Shown: in pieces, positions 12,701 to 24,487 of the stretch
Layout of the letters: every line of letters begins with the position of its first letter
Numbering within the stretch: the stretch's first letter is position 1
From: Podarcis erhardii
Taxonomy: Eukaryota
Direction: 5' to 3' (one strand)
Assembly: GCA_964252035.1 (NCBI GenBank)
Contig: OZ176208.1
Length of the DNA stretch: 64,000 bases
Notes under the pieces: generated by a model
Seen by the model: the letters and a program-made list of their open reading frames with translations, nothing else
Databases searched by the model: none
What the model was told of the DNA's origin: nothing
Made by a program: the position numbers and the translations under genes

Positions 12701-12753
12701 GACAAGGTGACTTTTCAGGACAGATGTTTCTGTAGATTCTGTTTCATCATCAT
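6751..12753 (-). CDS. ANK2: ANK2 giant exon (6003 nt, 2001 codons, phase 1-1) of giant (440-kDa-type) ankyrin-B
   Basis: Uninterrupted ORF 6707..12895; AAG acceptor at 12755-12754 before DDETESTETSVLKSH; GTATTT donor after VPDHVE; length divisible by 3, so skippable in frame. Confidence 0.96.
11404..11750 (-). repeat. Coding tandem repeat in the giant exon, 27-bp / 9-aa period (6 x ASKTPASPS-like, then 5 x (T/S)KKP(P/A)VSP(T/S))
   Basis: Periodicity visible in both DNA (tttgaggcagagggagaag units) and protein. Confidence 0.95.
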
Positions 12754-13493
12754 CTTTGATGCAAATGGGGAAAAACATTGGAAATAAATGGAAATCGAAA
12801 ATAGAGATTGAAAAAATGTAATCAGGACTGAAATGACTGTCTTTGATTGCAGCGGTAGGAGGGTCAACAAAACTGTCTGGGTATGGTGGATCCACAAATC
12901 TGAGGGTGGAAAAAAAAGCAAAGCAAAGCTAACGGGGGGAAAACTGAAAAGGAAAGTGGGCAGGAAATAACTTGCTTAGTTTTCGCAGTACAGCACACAC
13001 ACACATACAACACCAAAGCTTTTATCAACCAAGGACACTAGAAAAACAAAAGTGGGCAAGAAAAAGAAACAGTGGAATTTACACAAAGATAGGCATCTCA
13101 AGATTGTCCAGATGTTACAGATCAATGTTCAAATAAAAACAGAGAACAAAGGTGTGTGGGGTGGGGGGGAGATTGTTAAATTGGTTGGAAGTTGATCTCC
13201 TCAAAGAGAAAGCCAGTGGTAGCAAACTTCAGAACCAAAATTAGGTAAACGGTTGTAAACTTTTGTTTAAGAACCAAAGTTAGAAGTTGTGTATTTACAT
13301 TTAATTCTGAGATAATCTAGAGTAAATGAAATGCATTGATATCTGAGGCAGCTGCAAACCGGCATTTCATCTAAGGGGAATCTTACATTCAGATGGTGAC
13401 ACAAACACACACAGGCTTTTATTTCAAGAGGAATGGTCCTTTCCTTGGAACATCCTCATTATTCAAACAAATGGAGGGGAAATCAAGGGAAAG

Positions 13494-13494
13494 A

Positions 13495-13532
<38 letters not shown>
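13494..13532. repeat. (GAT)n microsatellite
   Basis: Directly visible. Confidence 0.95.
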
Positions 13533-13533
<1 letters not shown>

Positions 13534-14248
13534 ATAAAAAAGTGGGAAGGGAAATTTTAAATAGTGACTAGCTCAACAGAGAATTCATAGGTTAGGGGGG
13601 AATGTAATGCATGGCAACCAAAAACATTCATACAGGGCACATACACACACACAGACACAAATAGACACAGTACATATACATATATATGTAAGCCAAGTTA
13701 TTTCCATGCAAAGCAAAGCTGTTGCATACATTGCAGGGTAAGTATCCTTACAATAAAATAAAAGGAAAAAAGACACCAACAAAACTTAAGATGGTTATAA
13801 ATGAAAAAGGCTTAAAATCATATGCAACATACTATGGTGAAGTATTGTCCCCACCCCCACTATTAACATATAAAGCATCAGGAATATGTTTACAGTAAAA
13901 CTTACTTCAGAGTAATGTGTCTCCCCTCCCCCATATTTGTTCAGGGGTTTTGTGTGAACGAAAGCATTTTAAAATTTCTTATCATTTAGCAACACAAACG
14001 CGTGGAATTGGTTAAACTTTGAGACTATATGATATTGTAACTTGACCAAAAGGCCAAGAAATGAGCATCATGGAGAAGAAAAGCAGAGCAGAGGAGGAGC
14101 CCAACTAGAGAGGAGGTAAAGACAGAGGAACCTGACCCAAGGCAGCCTGCAATTCTGCATGAAAAGATTTATTTAATGATGTATTTTAAGAATGTTTACC
14201 TCCCATTCTTCTGCTGAAAAGTAGCTTCCAGTGTAGCTTCCTGATCAT

Positions 14249-14520
14249 TTGAGGTCCAGCTCCGAGGGCCTGGCAGTTCCCTCACTGCAAGAAGTGAAGT
14301 TACAGGGAACAGAGGGCCTTCTCGGTAGTGGCGCCCGCCCTGTGGAATGCCCTCCCATCAGATGTAAAGGAAATAAAGAACTATACAACTCTCCGAAGAT
14401 ACCTGAAGGCAGCCCTATATTGGGAAGTTTTAAATGTTTGATGTTTTATTATACTTTTAGTTTTTTTGGAGGCCACCCAGAGTTGCTGGGGCAACCCCAT
14501 CAGATGGGCGGGGTATAAGT
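14249..14520 (+). mobile_element. L2 LINE 3' end
   Basis: Encodes an AFSVVAP.LWNALP-type L2 C-terminal motif; closely similar to the inverted copy at 24950-25210. Confidence 0.85.
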
Positions 14521-15913
14521 AATTTTGTTTTCATTTATTTATTATTAACAGAAGTCATTTTACAAAACAGTTCATTATTTAAGAATGTAACGATCTCTTT
14601 TTTAATTTATACTTCTTACTTCCCTTAGCCACGGACTTCGACTGTGCCCAGTGGAAGAATGGGGCTGCCTTGCACAGCTCCCACCTAGACCAAACCACTA
14701 TGGCCTGGAAACTGTCTTTGGCAATTCAGCACTGCCTGGTGACCTTTCTTGGGTGAGTTTTTAGGGTGAACTAGGGAGAGAACTTTGCCACCTGATCTAC
14801 TCCAGGGCTGTAGGTTCAAGTCCCTGCCTGGACTCATGGCAGTGTTTTCCTTCCCTGCCCTTCCAGGCTTCTGAAAAAGCAGCTGTTTCTTTTACTGCAT
14901 GTTTCCAGCTGCTGGCTGATGGGGCCATGAAAGAATTTCACTTGCCTGTGTCAATGGCTGTTTAGTTCCAGAATTTTTGCCTCCCTTATAGCAAATGTTA
15001 ATTGTTTCATTTTTCATTTTCGTGTCAGGAACTCTGGCCCAACTAACTGAGGACTGGCACTGGGCAGGGGCCACAGCATTAGGGCAAGTAGGCTGAGTAC
15101 GGCCTTATGGGCCCAATGGCTCACTTCCACTCAATTTGCACTCTGCAGTATCTTCCATAGCTTCTGGTTCGTGAAAGCAGACAACATGAGTGGCGTAAGC
15201 TGACCTTCCAGCAACTGGGTTGAAAAGTATCACTGGTAGCAGGGCTGCCATGTTGTTTTGGTCCTTTGCCCATGCTGTGATCTGCCTGGAAGCTGTAATT
15301 TAGTGAACTTGTGACCTGATTTTACCCCAACACTTGTTGCCATCATTCCCCTTCCTGTCCTGCTCCACTTCCAACTACAGGTATAATCAATAATAGCTAG
15401 TGACAATGTCCCAATACATAAATATGCTTTTCAGAAATACTTCACCAAAGTAAGAGAGGGTGAATGGATTATGGAACTTTGTTACTTAAAACAGTATCAC
15501 TTTTATACACAGGGACATGCATATTGCATGTAAACAATTTAATGAAGGTAGTTTATAGAAGCTGAATCTTTAAAGGTGATACTGTAATTAACTTATAAAA
15601 TGCAATGACTTTATGTGAACATACATACAAAATAAAAAATGAAATAAAATATGGGGATTTATACAAGCCTAACAGCAATAGCAGGGGTCACCAGGGGATG
15701 TCAAAAGGAAAGTGAATGCTTAGATGAACTGTCTTAGTACTTTTATTTTAATTATTAGTAACATATTAAATAACATCTAAAAGCTAAAAGCTAAATTTAC
15801 ATTATTATATCATTCTTTTAGAAAATTAATATCATCAGTGGCAATTAGAATTTGCACACTCTCTTATGCTTAACTTAATGATTAGACAAATAGCATTTTT
15901 ATTACAATCTTAC

Positions 15914-15935
15914 GTTTTTCTGATGTCATGTCAGT
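15914..15935 (-). CDS. ANK2: ANK2 22-nt exon (phase 0-1): TDMTSEK(H)
   Basis: ttcag acceptor, GTAAG donor; phase fits both the giant exon and exon 5361. Confidence 0.92.
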
Positions 15936-16118
15936 CTGAAAGAGAACACAGAGTGAAATGGTTACAGCACTTTGAGTCATAACAACCAGTGAGAAATATC
16001 ACCTAGAACACCAGCTAATTTACCATTGAAGCCTGTAGGTCAATCCTAAATACACTTTCTTGGAAGTAAAACCCACCGGATTCAATTGGAGTGCCTTCCT
16101 GATAAGTATTGCAACTTA

Positions 16119-16362
16119 CCGTATTTTTTGTTCTATAGGACGCACCTGACCATAGGACGCACCGACCCCTCTCTCTCTCCAGGCTTCAGCGAAAGCAACG
16201 CGTAACCTCCGGAGCGCAGAGGGAGCGCTCCCTCTGTGCTTTGGAGGTTTCGCATTGCTTTCGCTGAAGCCAAGGAGCTTACATTTGCTCCATAGGACGC
16301 ACACACATTTCCCCTTAATTTTTGGAGGGGGGAAAGTGTGTCCTATAGAGCGAAAAATATGG
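16119..16362. mobile_element. Tc1/mariner-superfamily MITE (Tc2-like CCGTA TIR)
   Basis: About 28-bp imperfect TIRs ccgtattttttgttctataggacgcac / gtgtgtcctatagagcgaaaaatatgg; TA TSD on both sides. Confidence 0.85.
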
Positions 16363-17339
16363 TAACTGGTTGTCCAGACAAGCTGAATTCTAATAAGAGC
16401 TAGCAATGCCTTTAAGCCACTGATGAACCTTGGTAATTAGTTCCTGCTATTATCAAACTATATAATCTAAATTGTTAATTTGTTGCATTTAGGCTCTAAG
16501 TTGGAATTTGCACAGAAAGATCACTGAGCAGGACAGGGAGAAACAGTGAAGAAGGTGGAAGCAGCAAGCAGGTTATTCGTATCTCGACTTGCAAAAGTGC
16601 AAGAACAATATATTGGCACATTTGTTAGTAAAAAAGTAGGAGCCACGTACATAGCTTGAGATGTCCTAAGATGCCAGCTATGCATCTGATATCACAGTAG
16701 GTGTCTAAGGTTCTATTACCTTGTGGAAATTCTTTGGAGGGAGAGGGCAATATTTGCTGGGGGGGGGGATAGAAACAATACAGCTCTATTATAATATTCA
16801 TCACCACCTTTCTAAATTTTAAAATGCAAGGTGAGAGATGGAGATAATAAACTGTGGCTAAAACAAAAACGTGGAAGGAATAGAGAGGAGGGAGGAGTGC
16901 ACAAACCTAAGGCTCATTCATATAATAGGTAAGCATTGCATCTGAATGAGTTTTAGTATGTAGTGTATCACTGCACTGATTTCTGACTTTTTTAAATAAA
17001 AAAATCAACTTCATATTTATTTCTGCATCTAAACAGTTCTGATTTTTATTTTTAAAAAATCAATTTTATTTATTTATTTTTAAATGCATTTATAAACAAT
17101 GACTCAGATTCTCAAATAAAAATTTAAAAGATCACACGTAGTATGTTTTTATCTTCCCCCCCCCCCCTCCTGCTGCAGCTCTTTACAATTTTAAGAGTTG
17201 CTCCTCAGAGTTCAAGGGCTCTGGAGCCATGAGTGAGTGCATTGCAGGGAGACTTGGTGAACTTCCGCATGCATACCCAAGGGAATTTTAATTTTGGTCA
17301 CAGAGGTTTTATAGAGTACTGATCTATTGGCAAGATTAC

Positions 17340-17372
17340 CTCTTCTTCCTGTTCTTGATCTGATTCTGATTC
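17340..17372 (-). CDS. ANK2: ANK2 33-nt exon: ESESDQEQEEE
   Basis: AAG acceptor, GTAAT donor; matches the ANK2 acidic linker. Confidence 0.92.
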
Positions 17373-18771
17373 CTTTCAGCCCAATATGCCATGCAAGAAA
17401 AGAGAAAAACAGAGCAGGAAAAGATAGGATGCAGTTAACGGAAAAGAATGATTTCTGGTCATATTCAATTGGCAAGAGTACAAAACGAACACTATTTCTG
17501 CACTTTTTCCTAAGGAGGAAAAAAAGGGAACAAGAGAATCAGTTCATTATTTTTCTTAACCTGGGGACTTAAGATAATTAAAAAGTGGGAAGCTGTTTGG
17601 ATATTTTAGGCTCTTTCTTGATTTTTATTACTGCATTTCAAAGAAGCCAAGATACTATTTCTCAACCACCAAGCCTGACCCAAGTATACAAGATTGGACC
17701 TGCCATTTGCCACGCTGGCTCAGGCAGTGGATTGGGAGAGGCAGCAGATTGTGAACCTCCATTCACCACCTGTAGGGCTGCCCCCACCATCACTACTGTT
17801 GCCTGCTTGGCATGTCCTGTTCTGAGGAATGTCACCGAATTGCTGTGACAACAGCAAATACTGTTGAAAGCAAGCAGGGCAATGCTACGCTGCTACCCCC
17901 CAAAAGTGAGGAGGTGGCGGTGGAGGTCTTGTGCCAACCCTGAAAATACATGGTTGGAATGTCAAAGAAAATGTAACAAAATTTTGCATGTGTTAATTGC
18001 TCTCTCTTCATATTTGATTTTTCAAGCTTAAATCTGTAATACTTTAAATTCCAATGAAAGTGAGAAGACACACATCGTGCACATGAGACTCTGTTCTATG
18101 CATTTAATTGCTTATGTGAATGACTTAGCTATGAACACAAATAAACAGAAGATCACAGATCAACTTGGAATGGGCATGAAGGTGATATATATGAAAACCC
18201 AGACTCTAAAGTGCCTTTGCAGTCTTTCTCCTCCAGCACTACACTTCTGCCTGAGCAAACTACTAGGCTTAATGCTCAAGAAATCTGCAAAGTATCATAT
18301 GATGGGTTCTTTTGGTATTGGCTCTTTGGATATATATAATCCCCAGTATTTACACTTTTAACTCAGAAAATCGATGCTGCTGAGCCAATTCAAGGTCATG
18401 GTGTGAGAGCCACCCACCTAGAGAATACTCTATAATTAATGCACCCTCTATGTTAGGGGTGAGGAACCTATGACCTTACAGATGATGATCTAACTGCCAT
18501 CCACTCCATCCAGCACAGCCAATGGGAGGAGATGTTGAGAGATGTAATTTGGCAACATCTGGAGGGCCACGGGCTCCCCAATCCTACTCTATATGTAATA
18601 TTAAAAAATGTTTAATTAAAGTCTTAAAAATAAAAACTCACAGCCACTTAACCCAAAAGATAAGCCACTCCTTGTAGTTTGTGCAAAACAAAGCCAGGGA
18701 TTAGGAGCTCTGAAATTTCAGTGTGCGGGCTAGTATGTGAGCAAAGATCTTTTCATTGTATTATGCAGTAC

Positions 18772-18894
18772 CTTTGTGTAATTTGGCAATGTGATATTCA
18801 GATTGCAGATGGCTTGATGTACGAGGCCTCTAGAAGATTTAGGCTCCTTCATAAATGACAAGCGCCCACAAGGTTCTTGTGTTGTGTCTCGGAC
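18772..18894 (-). CDS. ANK2: ANK2 UPA exon (123 nt): [41 protein letters not shown]
   Basis: TAG acceptor, GTACT donor. Confidence 0.96.
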
Positions 18895-19017
18895 CTAGTG
18901 CAAAAAGCAAAGCAAAACACACACAATGCTACAGCTTAAAGAGATACAAAATACTACAGAGACAAAATTATAAAATATTTATGATGCAAATGTATTAAAT
19001 GTACGGATGAAGACATA

Positions 19018-19201
19018 CAGTCATACCTCGGGTTATGAACGCTGCGGGTTGCACGTTTTTGGGTTGCGGACCGCTTGCACATGCGCAGAAGCACCAAATT
19101 GTGTCACGTGCGTGCGCAGACGCAGCGCTTAAGGCTGCGAATGCTGCGAGTTGTGAACGTGCCTCTCGCACGGATCATTTTCGCAACCAGAGGTATGACA
19201 G
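19018..19201. mobile_element. Tigger/mariner-like MITE
   Basis: TIR CAGTCATACCTC / GAGGTATGACAG with TA TSD; CpG-rich interior. Confidence 0.8.
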
Positions 19202-19634
19202 TACCTAAGTAAAGTTCTATTTACCCACTGCCATTAAACCCTGCTTAAAGAAACTTTAATATTTTTGCCTTAAAGTGAAAATGTTGAATCTCCAAAGGGA
19301 GATCTAAAGCCAGAGGACAGATATCAACATTTTTATAGATCTTCGGTTTTTATTTGAAACATGGTGAATGTTCAGGCAACTACTCTCCCCCCCCCCCCAA
19401 TTTGCCGTTTTTCATTCCATTGCATAAAATGCCGAAGCACTGTTGCACATCTAGATGCATAAAAGGAGATAAAGTAGACCACTGCCCTTGAAATGCAGTT
19501 CATCAGCTTTGGTGCTATTATTAAAATAGTTAAAGAATGGTGGTTTCTGGCTGTATATGGATGGGCTGTTTCTGCTTGTTGAATAGTCGCCACCAAATAA
19601 AATGAAAGTTTAGATATGGACTTGTATCTATTAC

Positions 19635-19760
19635 CTTGACAAACAATGGAAGTCTATTTTCTTTGAAGGCATAAAAACTGAATATGTGATGTTGGCCACT
19701 CTTTGTTAGTGGTACTAGATTCCCAAAGCAGTCCACATAGATGGGCTTTCCTTCTAATAC
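19635..19760 (-). CDS. ANK2: ANK2 UPA exon (126 nt): [42 protein letters not shown]
   Basis: TAG acceptor, GTAA donor. Confidence 0.96.
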
Positions 19761-20469
19761 CTACATATGGTTGATAAAGAACAAAATATAATAGCAGTAA
19801 GTATCATGGAAATGTAGAAGAGAGTTCATTATTACCTTTATTCAATTCCTAGAATGCACTGGTCCACTGGCTGGGATTGACAGAAGTGGAAGTTCATCTG
19901 AGGGGCCACAGATTCCACAGCCCTCTAGAACCACCACTTTGCTAAATGGCAATAAAGCGTTTTGGGAGATGACAGCCGGCCCTCAAGTACTATATAGTAT
20001 AACAGAAAGTCTTATACGCAAACAAGGAAGATAAAAAATATTTTCCCCTGCTTAAAATCCAAAACTGATCTGAACTATGGCTGTTCTAGGTTGGGAAGAA
20101 TATTGAACAGGAGAATTCCTCTTAGAGGGTGGAGATAGGTGCCACATATTGGTTCAGATCCCAATCTGGACAATGTGCTATGTGATTGTATTTGCCACTA
20201 AACAAAATTGCAGGGGGACTTGATCTGCAACACGAACATGGCATAGAAATGGTGGTGGAGAGAGAAGGATTAACCCTTTTTCCTTCGACCATTTCCTCTT
20301 GAAAGCTGCTATTTGCACCTATGGCAAATAGTTTTTCCTCCCATAGCAAAAGCAGCTTTCCACCCATGGCAGGGCTGGGAAGAATGTCAAGGAAAAACGA
20401 AACAAGAGTAGGAAAGGTTCAGTTCCACCCTCCATATAAATGTTTTAATCTGGACCGGGAGTCCCTGTA

Positions 20470-20710
20470 CAGTGGTACCTCAGTTTACAAACTTAATCTG
20501 TTCCGGAAGTCCGTTCTTAATCCGAAACCATTCTTAAACCGAGGTGCGCTTTCCCTAATGAGGCCTCCCGCCGCCGGTGCCCTTCCACCGTTCGGATTCT
20601 GTTCTTAGACCGAGGTAAAGTTCTCAAACCAGGACACTATTTTCGGTTTTGCGGAGTTCGTAAACCAAATCATTCCTAAACAGGACTGTTCTGAAACTGA
20701 GGTACCACTG
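20470..20710. mobile_element. Tigger/pogo-like MITE
   Basis: TIR CAGTGGTACCTCAGTTT / AAACTGAGGTACCACTG with TA TSD. Confidence 0.88.
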
Positions 20711-21101
20711 TAGTTCCTTTTCTTCCCAATAAAAAGAAATATCTGCATGTGTTCTAACATATTTTTGTTAGGTATTTTAATATTTGTATATATTTCATAC
20801 CCCATTCCGGTATCTGTATAGATTAAGGGTGGGCTATAAAATATTTCTAATAAACAAACAAAGAAACAAGCAGATAAAGAATATACAGTAATGACCAGTT
20901 TTAATTCTACACAGAGTACACCAATTGAAATCAGTGGGTATTCTTGGAGGGTGACTTAGCTGGATATTACCCACATTAAGATTTAAAATGAGAGATTTTC
21001 TTTTTCTTTCTACCTACAAAAGGAAATTAAGACAATGGTTTTAAAAATACATGTACTAAAATGTGAATGAAGGAATTCATTTTGCATGTTTAATTCCATA
21101 C

Positions 21102-21330
21102 CTCTACATCTCTGCTTCGGGCAACTTCAGCAAAGTTTTCTTGCTGTTCTAGCGTTTTATCCACTTTATCATCCGTCATGCAGAAACATCTTAATCGGGC
21201 TTCTATAGGATCATGTGATTTGGCAAACACTACAAATTTGGCCATGTAGGGCACACAGATAATCTCTCTGTATACTTGGGAAGCAAACGTAACAGATTCC
21301 TGTATCTGTCGACAGTCTATCAACCAAAAC
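21102..21330 (-). CDS. ANK2: ANK2 exon, ZU5 end and UPA domain (229 nt): [32 protein letters not shown]...RSRDVE
   Basis: CAG acceptor, GTATGG donor; contained in ORF 21090..21344. Confidence 0.96.
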
Positions 21331-21849
21331 CTGCAAATAAACAAACATGGAAAACTGTTACATAGTTAAGTCCAACATAACGCACACACAAGTTCAGAAT
21401 TTGGAAAATACATCCAGGAATCACACTAGTATTGATTTCAAATAACTTGCGCTTTAGCTTGAAATAAACAAATTCTTAATTGGGGGGGGGGGTCATCTAG
21501 ATTCTGCATTGGGTGTGGCCCAAGCCTGAGTGTAATTTGAAATGGATCTCTACTGATTCCCAGATTACCAAAATGCATTGGAACAGTCATTTTCAGCTGG
21601 GATATATGAACTGGGATATGTACACAGTCCCTTCACCCCCTTTGCAGCGCACAGGTGATTAAACCAGGAAATCTCTAATTAACCACAGTTTCTCCTTTTG
21701 TCCATATTAGGATACCATGGCTGCCAGCTTCAGAACAGATATTAAAACAACATTAGACTCTTCAGACTCCAGAATTAATCATTATTTTAGGGTCAGGCCA
21801 GAGGATGGGTTATTTTGCAAACACTACAATACCAGAATTAGCACATTAG

Positions 21850-22270
21850 CACAATACCTTAAGGACTTCCTGTCTCCATACAAACCTACCTAGACCCTGC
21901 ACTTGTTATCTGAGGCTCTTTGCTAAGTCTCTCCTCCCCAACAGGTTTAGAGGGTGGCAACACAAGAACGGACCTTTTCTGTGGTAGCTCCCTGTCTGAG
22001 AAAGGCTCTCCCCAGAGAGGCTTGTCTGGTGCCATCATTACGTATCTTTAGGCACCAGGCAAAAATATACCTCTTTACCCAAGCCTTTGGCCATTAATCT
22101 ATGGCCTGTTAAAGCTGGGGGGGGACGACTTATGATTATTTTATTATTATGCTATCTATTACTATGCTTTTCATTATGTTTTTACTATTATGCCCCATAA
22201 AATGTGATCTTAATGTTGTACACTGCCCTGGGATCTTTTGATAAAGTATATAAATCAAATAAGTAAATAA
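21850..22270 (+). mobile_element. Decayed L2 LINE 3' end
   Basis: ggaccttttctgtggtagctccc (AFSVVAP-like) followed by an AT-rich 3' UTR and taaa tail. Confidence 0.65.
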
Positions 22271-22389
22271 TGACAAATAAAACTTTAGTGGGGTACTTGT
22301 GTCCAATTAATAAGTAATCAAGCTGAAAATATAGTGCCGAAACACTTAAATACAGTTTAAAGAAAATATACTATTCTGGACAGTGGTAC

Positions 22390-22486
22390 CTGGCAGATAC
22401 GTTTGTGGTGAAGGAAACACATTCATTGACAAAAGTTAATGGTGTTGTTCCTGTGATGTCTTCCCACTGAGCAGGTGTTGTTCCAC
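22390..22486 (-). CDS. ANK2: ANK2 exon (97 nt): [32 protein letters not shown]
   Basis: CAG acceptor, GTACC donor; contained in ORF 22371..22556. Confidence 0.96.
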
Positions 22487-22585
22487 CTGAAACAATTGAG
22501 GACAAAGAGAAAAAATGTTCAGCAATCCTACAAGAAGTCAATGGCCTGGTTGTCATGACGTAGTAAGCCTAAGTATGGCTTGGTG

Positions 22586-22721
22586 CAGTCATCCCCAAAC
22601 TCAGTCCTCTAGCTGTTTGGGGACTATACTTCCCACCATCCCTGACCACTGGTCCTGTTAGCTAGGGATGGTGGGAGTTGTAGCCCTAAAACAGCTGGAG
22701 GGCCAAGTTTGGGGATGCCTG
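22586..22721. mobile_element. Short hAT-type MITE (136 bp)
   Basis: TIR cagtcatccccaaact / agtttggggatgcctg; decayed 8-bp TSD (gcttggtg / gcttagta); related decayed copies near 18452-18580, 36130-36275, 45725-45852 and 55965-56060. Confidence 0.75.
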
Positions 22722-23108
22722 GCTTAGTAAGACCACAAGAACAGGAGAGGAGCTGACAGCCAATTTGCGTCTCCAGAGTCCTCCTTACTCCTGCACCGAG
22801 TGACTCCCAAGATTTGGCACAGCATTTCACTTGAATCTGAGCTTGTGGTGAAGCTCTAACTTTACAAGCTGTAGCCAAGGTCTGTTCTTGGGTGTTGCTC
22901 ATGGTTAATAACTTGACGTTAAAATAAATAAATAAATAAATACACACCCACATTTTTTTGGTACCAAGATGCAAAATCTTATTTCAACTATAAACTATGG
23001 ATGTCATTATTTTCACTTTGCAAATATGGGCTAAGCAAGAGCTTTCAATGAGTTCTCTACAACATCAACATACAATGCCACCCTTCTCAATGGACCCATC
23101 AGTGCATT

Positions 23109-24258
23109 TAGAATCATGGAACTGTAGAGTTGGAAGGGACCATGAGAGTCATCTAGCCCAGTGTTTCCCAACCTTTTTTGGGCAAAGGCACACTTGTTTG
23201 ATGAAAAAAATCTCGAGGCACACCACCATTACAGCCCCGTGACGTCAGCGCGCAGCGTCACGCCGGGAGGGACGCACGAAAGTGTAACTTTCAATTTTTT
23301 TTCCCTCCCCCTTGCCGGGGAACCTCCAAGCTTTGGGGGTGGGGGGGGAGGAGGCAGCAAAGCGAGGGACTGAGGGACTCCTCCAACGACAAGGGTTGGG
23401 GAAGAAGAGAAAGGGCTATTCCGCTCCAGTCACGGGAGGGGAATATGTACTGGCCCAACTGGTGTGCGGTCTTCGGAAAGCGGGGTGCGGGAAGGAAGCC
23501 TAGGCTCGGGGTCCACCGACCTCGGCGGAGAAAGGCAACAACCGGAGCCGATTACGAGCCGGCGCGTGCGTGCAGCGGCTGGCCTCAAGCTCGGGAAGCT
23601 GCGCGCAACGATGTTGACGCGGGGCGCGCGAGAGCTTGGGGGGGGCCGGAGAGAGAGAGAAAGAGTTGGCAGCACCAGGCGCTGTTACTTATTGCGCTGC
23701 GGACGCTGCCAGCACCTGTGGTGGTTGTGCGGCGGCCGCCGCCGCAGAACGTCCTCGTCAGTCAGCTGAGCTGCCTGGCGGCGTAGGGAGCCGAGGGGCG
23801 GGGCTTCCTTTCTGAAGGAGCTGAGGGTGGGGGTCCTCCGGCGCCTTCGGTGAAACGGCGCCGGCCCAGAGCGCTTCTAGGAGGCTGCCTTTGTGCGCGA
23901 CGTAAAGCCCTCTTTCCCTCCCTCCAGCCCCGTGTCACATGTGGAAAAGGGGGCTGGATCCAGTGACGCAACTCGGAAAACTGTTAGGGAAGCCAGAGCA
24001 GGAAAGTGAGTGGGAGGCGGTGTCGCCGCTTTAACCCACGTTTCCTTTTTGAAAGAGAAACCAGTGTTTCCCAACCTTTTTTGGACTCGCTCGCGGCACA
24101 CCAGGCAACATCTCGCGGCACACTAGTGTGCCGCGGAACACCGGTTGGGAAACACTGATCTAGCCCAACTCACTGCAATACAGGGATTTATTACCCAACA
24201 TGGGGCTTGAATCCACAACTTTGAGATTAAGAGTATTATGCTCTACCGACCGAGCTAT
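23109..24258 (-). mobile_element. tRNA-Lys-derived SINE with CR1-like 3' tail, split by the hAT insertion (pieces about 24258-24158 and 23158-23109)
   Basis: Minus strand TAGCTCGGTCGGTAGAGCAT..CTCTTAATCTC..GTGGATTCAAGCCCCATGTTGGG resembles tRNA-Lys(CTT); it continues across the TSD into GGTCCCTTCCAACTCTAC..ATGATTCTA, a CR1-type terminus. Confidence 0.8.
23159..24157. mobile_element. Non-autonomous hAT (Charlie-like) DNA transposon, 999 bp, CpG-rich
   Basis: 15-bp TIRs CAGTGTTTCCCAACC / GGTTGGGAAACACTG; perfect 8-bp TSD ATCTAGCC at 23151-23158 and 24158-24165; subterminal GGCACAC repeats; no transposase ORF. Confidence 0.93.
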
Positions 24259-24282
24259 TCAAGGTACTTCTTATGAGCTTAC

Positions 24283-24487
24283 CTGTTATGCTGCATAGTA
24301 GTCTCAGAGTGGGTGCATCACCCCCATATCCATTAATCATCAGATCACTAGAGGCTTTAGGAACAGGAATAGTCATTGTTATTGGCTTATGGAATTTTCT
24401 TCTCCTGGGTTCCAATGTGACAATAGGGCTGAATGTGGCTTTGTTGCCTAAAATCTTCTTTACAAGCTCATTGTGCATAGGTTGAGC
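24283..24487 (-). CDS. ANK2: ANK2 exon, second ZU5 domain (205 nt): [35 protein letters not shown]...LLCSIT
   Basis: TAG acceptor, GTAAG donor; overlaps ORF 24236..24478. Confidence 0.96.

Noticed and set aside
12754-12895. N-terminal 47 aa of the 2062-aa ORF as a real protein start
   Set aside because: It starts at GTG in intronic pyrimidine-rich sequence; ANK2 similarity begins only at the acceptor 12754. The ORF's C-terminal GICQPLGFPLLRMS is likewise read-through past the donor at 6750.
13906-13920. 15-nt candidate microexon ending in GTAAG
   Set aside because: The upstream sequence is purine-rich (no pyrimidine tract) and there is an in-frame TGA.
23312-23971. ORFs inside the hAT element as transposase or captured gene
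   Set aside because: Short, overlapping, Arg/Gly/Ala-rich ORFs typical of GC-rich DNA; no BED finger, DDE or dimerisation motifs.
24194-24258. tRNA-Lys(CTT) gene
   Set aside because: The 5' acceptor strand is missing, the anticodon stem is mismatched and the sequence runs into a CR1-type tail, so it is a SINE head.
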